From: Gammaproteobacteria bacterium
GTDB lineage: Bacteria; Pseudomonadota; Gammaproteobacteria; JAKDMP01
Length of the DNA: 64,000 nucleotides
Reading direction: 5' to 3'
NCBI GenBank assembly: GCA_027018875.1
Contig: JALUYA010000001.1
Span: 13,457-77,456 of the forward strand
Part shown: positions 62,872-64,000 of the stretch, in pieces
How positions within the stretch are numbered: position 1 is the first letter of the stretch
Layout: every line of letters starts with the position of its first letter
Program-made: the position numbers and the translations under genes
The notes under the pieces: model-generated
Seen by the model: only the letters and a program-made list of their open reading frames with translations
The model's database searches: none
What the model was told of the DNA's origin: nothing

Positions 62872-63380
62872 CGGGAGGCCTTTAGACTCAGGGTGGCATT
62901 GATGCGGCCGGATACACTGGTACGTTCGATATTGGCATTCACGACCACGATTCCTTTTTTCTGCGCCAGTTCGGCCAACCATCGCACCAATTGATCGAAC
63001 GATGTGCCCTGGAGGGTTAGTTGAATTGTCCCGTCACCCGCCTGCTGCAACTGTTGCACGGCCGAAGCAATCGGGGATTCTTGTACGGAAGCCGAAACGA
63101 TACTGAACACCGAGGTTGAGCCGCCGAGGCGGGATGTTGCTTTCGACTCGTTTCCTTCGAGTGCCCGTATCCGGGCCGTATTTCGATTCAGCCACTGCAA
63201 TGTCGTTCGTTGTTCCTGGACGCGCTGCGTCAGGTGCAGGTAGGCGGAGTACAGTGGTTGAATCAGGGCCAGATACAAAATCAACCCGAGTACCAGCCCG
63301 GCACCACCGATTGCCAACCTCTGATCGCGTCGGGACAACTCCGCATACCAGCGCCGCCACGGCTCGGGTAGGCGCATCAT
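62868..63380 (-). CDS. gspM: type II secretion system protein M (GspM)
   Basis: 170 aa with a single transmembrane segment (AIGGAGLVLGLILYLALI) and a periplasmic domain; located between gspL and gspN. Confidence 0.7.
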   Translation of the reverse strand: MMRLPEPWRRWYAELSRRDQRLAIGGAGLVLGLILYLALIQPLYSAYLHLTQRVQEQRTTLQWLNRNTARIRALEGNESKATSRLGGSTSVFSIVSASVQESPIASAVQQLQQAGDGTIQLTLQGTSFDQLVRWLAELAQKKGIVVVNANIERTSVSGRINATLSLKASR

Positions 63381-64000
63381 GATGTGCCCTCAGGCGTTAT
63401 GCTGATCCGGGCAACGATTCCGCTTTTGCTTTGGTTGGCCGAACGGATTCGGGCTCGCACGGTACCGCCTTGCTCTAGGCGTTTACGCAGGCGTTCAAAT
63501 TCGCTCATACGGCGGGCTTGTACTTCAAGATCCAGTTGTTTGGCCTGGTAGGTCATTGATTGAATAACTAAATCATCACTGTGGGCAGATGCCAACGCCA
63601 CCAGCAATTCCAGAAATCCGTTGCGCCCGCCTTCCGATTCAAGTTGTCGCAGCCGTTGTGCAACTTGAACCCGAACGGCGACCAAGGGTTGCCCCGGCAG
63701 CAGTTGATGAAAGCGGGTCAATATGGCTTGATGCTGCAGGGCGGAGAAGTGGCTCAGTTGTATCCAGTTGATCATTAATCCGCTTAACGCCAATATCACG
63801 ACCATGGCTGCCGCCCCCAGGGCGGGCCGCCATGGACGGGACAGGGATTTCCAGTCGCGTGTTAGTCGCAGGCGCTCCTGGCGCAGGTTTAGCGGGATTC
63901 CGCTCGATAGCCCCAATGGAACCAGGCCCAGCAAACCTTCTGCCGCGGGTTCGGGTTGACGTTCGAGCCTGGCCTCATCGAAGTGCAAATCGATTTTTTC
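63377..64000 (-). CDS. gspL: type II secretion system protein L (GspL), C-terminal part; gene continues beyond the window
   Basis: Transmembrane segment AAMVVILALSGLMINWI and a periplasmic C-terminal domain; overlaps the gspM start. The N-terminal cytoplasmic domain lies outside the window. Confidence 0.6.
   Translation of the reverse strand, partial: EKIDLHFDEARLERQPEPAAEGLLGLVPLGLSSGIPLNLRQERLRLTRDWKSLSRPWRPALGAAAMVVILALSGLMINWIQLSHFSALQHQAILTRFHQLLPGQPLVAVRVQVAQRLRQLESEGGRNGFLELLVALASAHSDDLVIQSMTYQAKQLDLEVQARRMSEFERLRKRLEQGGTVRARIRSANQSKSGIVARISITPEGTS

Overview
Chromosomal segment of about 60% GC from a Gammaproteobacteria-like genome, dense in housekeeping genes. The gene order (dapB-carAB, rlmE-ftsH-folP-glmM, secG-tRNA-Leu) suggests this taxon.

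Gene content in order:
- 1-3015: 3' end of ubiU, then ubiV and ubiD (O2-independent ubiquinone pathway).
- 3141-6739: an FNR-type regulator, then nadA (visibly lower GC) and nadB.
- 6740-7730: an unusual ~1 kb gap with no convincing gene.
- 7729-13290: dinG/yoaA-like helicase, tsaB, phoB-phoR, orn.
- 13294-16055: a three-gene islet (rhodanese, PLP-dependent dehydratase, secreted DUF2147 protein) bracketed by two copies of a ~110-nt intergenic repeat.
- 16077-33804: SDR oxidoreductase, hrcA-grpE-dnaK-dnaJ (sigma32-type promoter before dnaK), dapB, carA, carB, greA, rlmE, ftsH, folP, glmM, tpiA, secG, tRNA-Leu(GAG).
- 33913-48391: complete 14-gene nuoA-N operon, with nuoC and nuoD unfused.
- 48505-53087, minus strand: maeB, a second FNR paralog, hemN.
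- 53220-55034, minus strand: a c551-type monohaem cytochrome c and a Cyc2-like fused monohaem cytochrome c/outer-membrane beta-barrel. A perfect FNR box (TTGATCTAGATCAA) sits at class II promoter spacing upstream of the Cyc2-like gene.
- 55198-62087: complete System I cytochrome c maturation operon ccmABCDEFGHI. ccmD is a 56-aa ORF below the 60-aa cutoff of the ORF track.
- 62110-64000, minus strand: type II secretion genes gspN, gspM and a gspL fragment.

Most notable candidate: the Cyc2-like/cytochrome c pair with its predicted FNR-dependent promoter, next to the ccm operon and to fnr-hemN. The window also shows an anaerobic/microaerobic theme (two FNR paralogs, UbiU/UbiV, HemN, NadA). No rRNA, CRISPR array or obvious transposase was seen.
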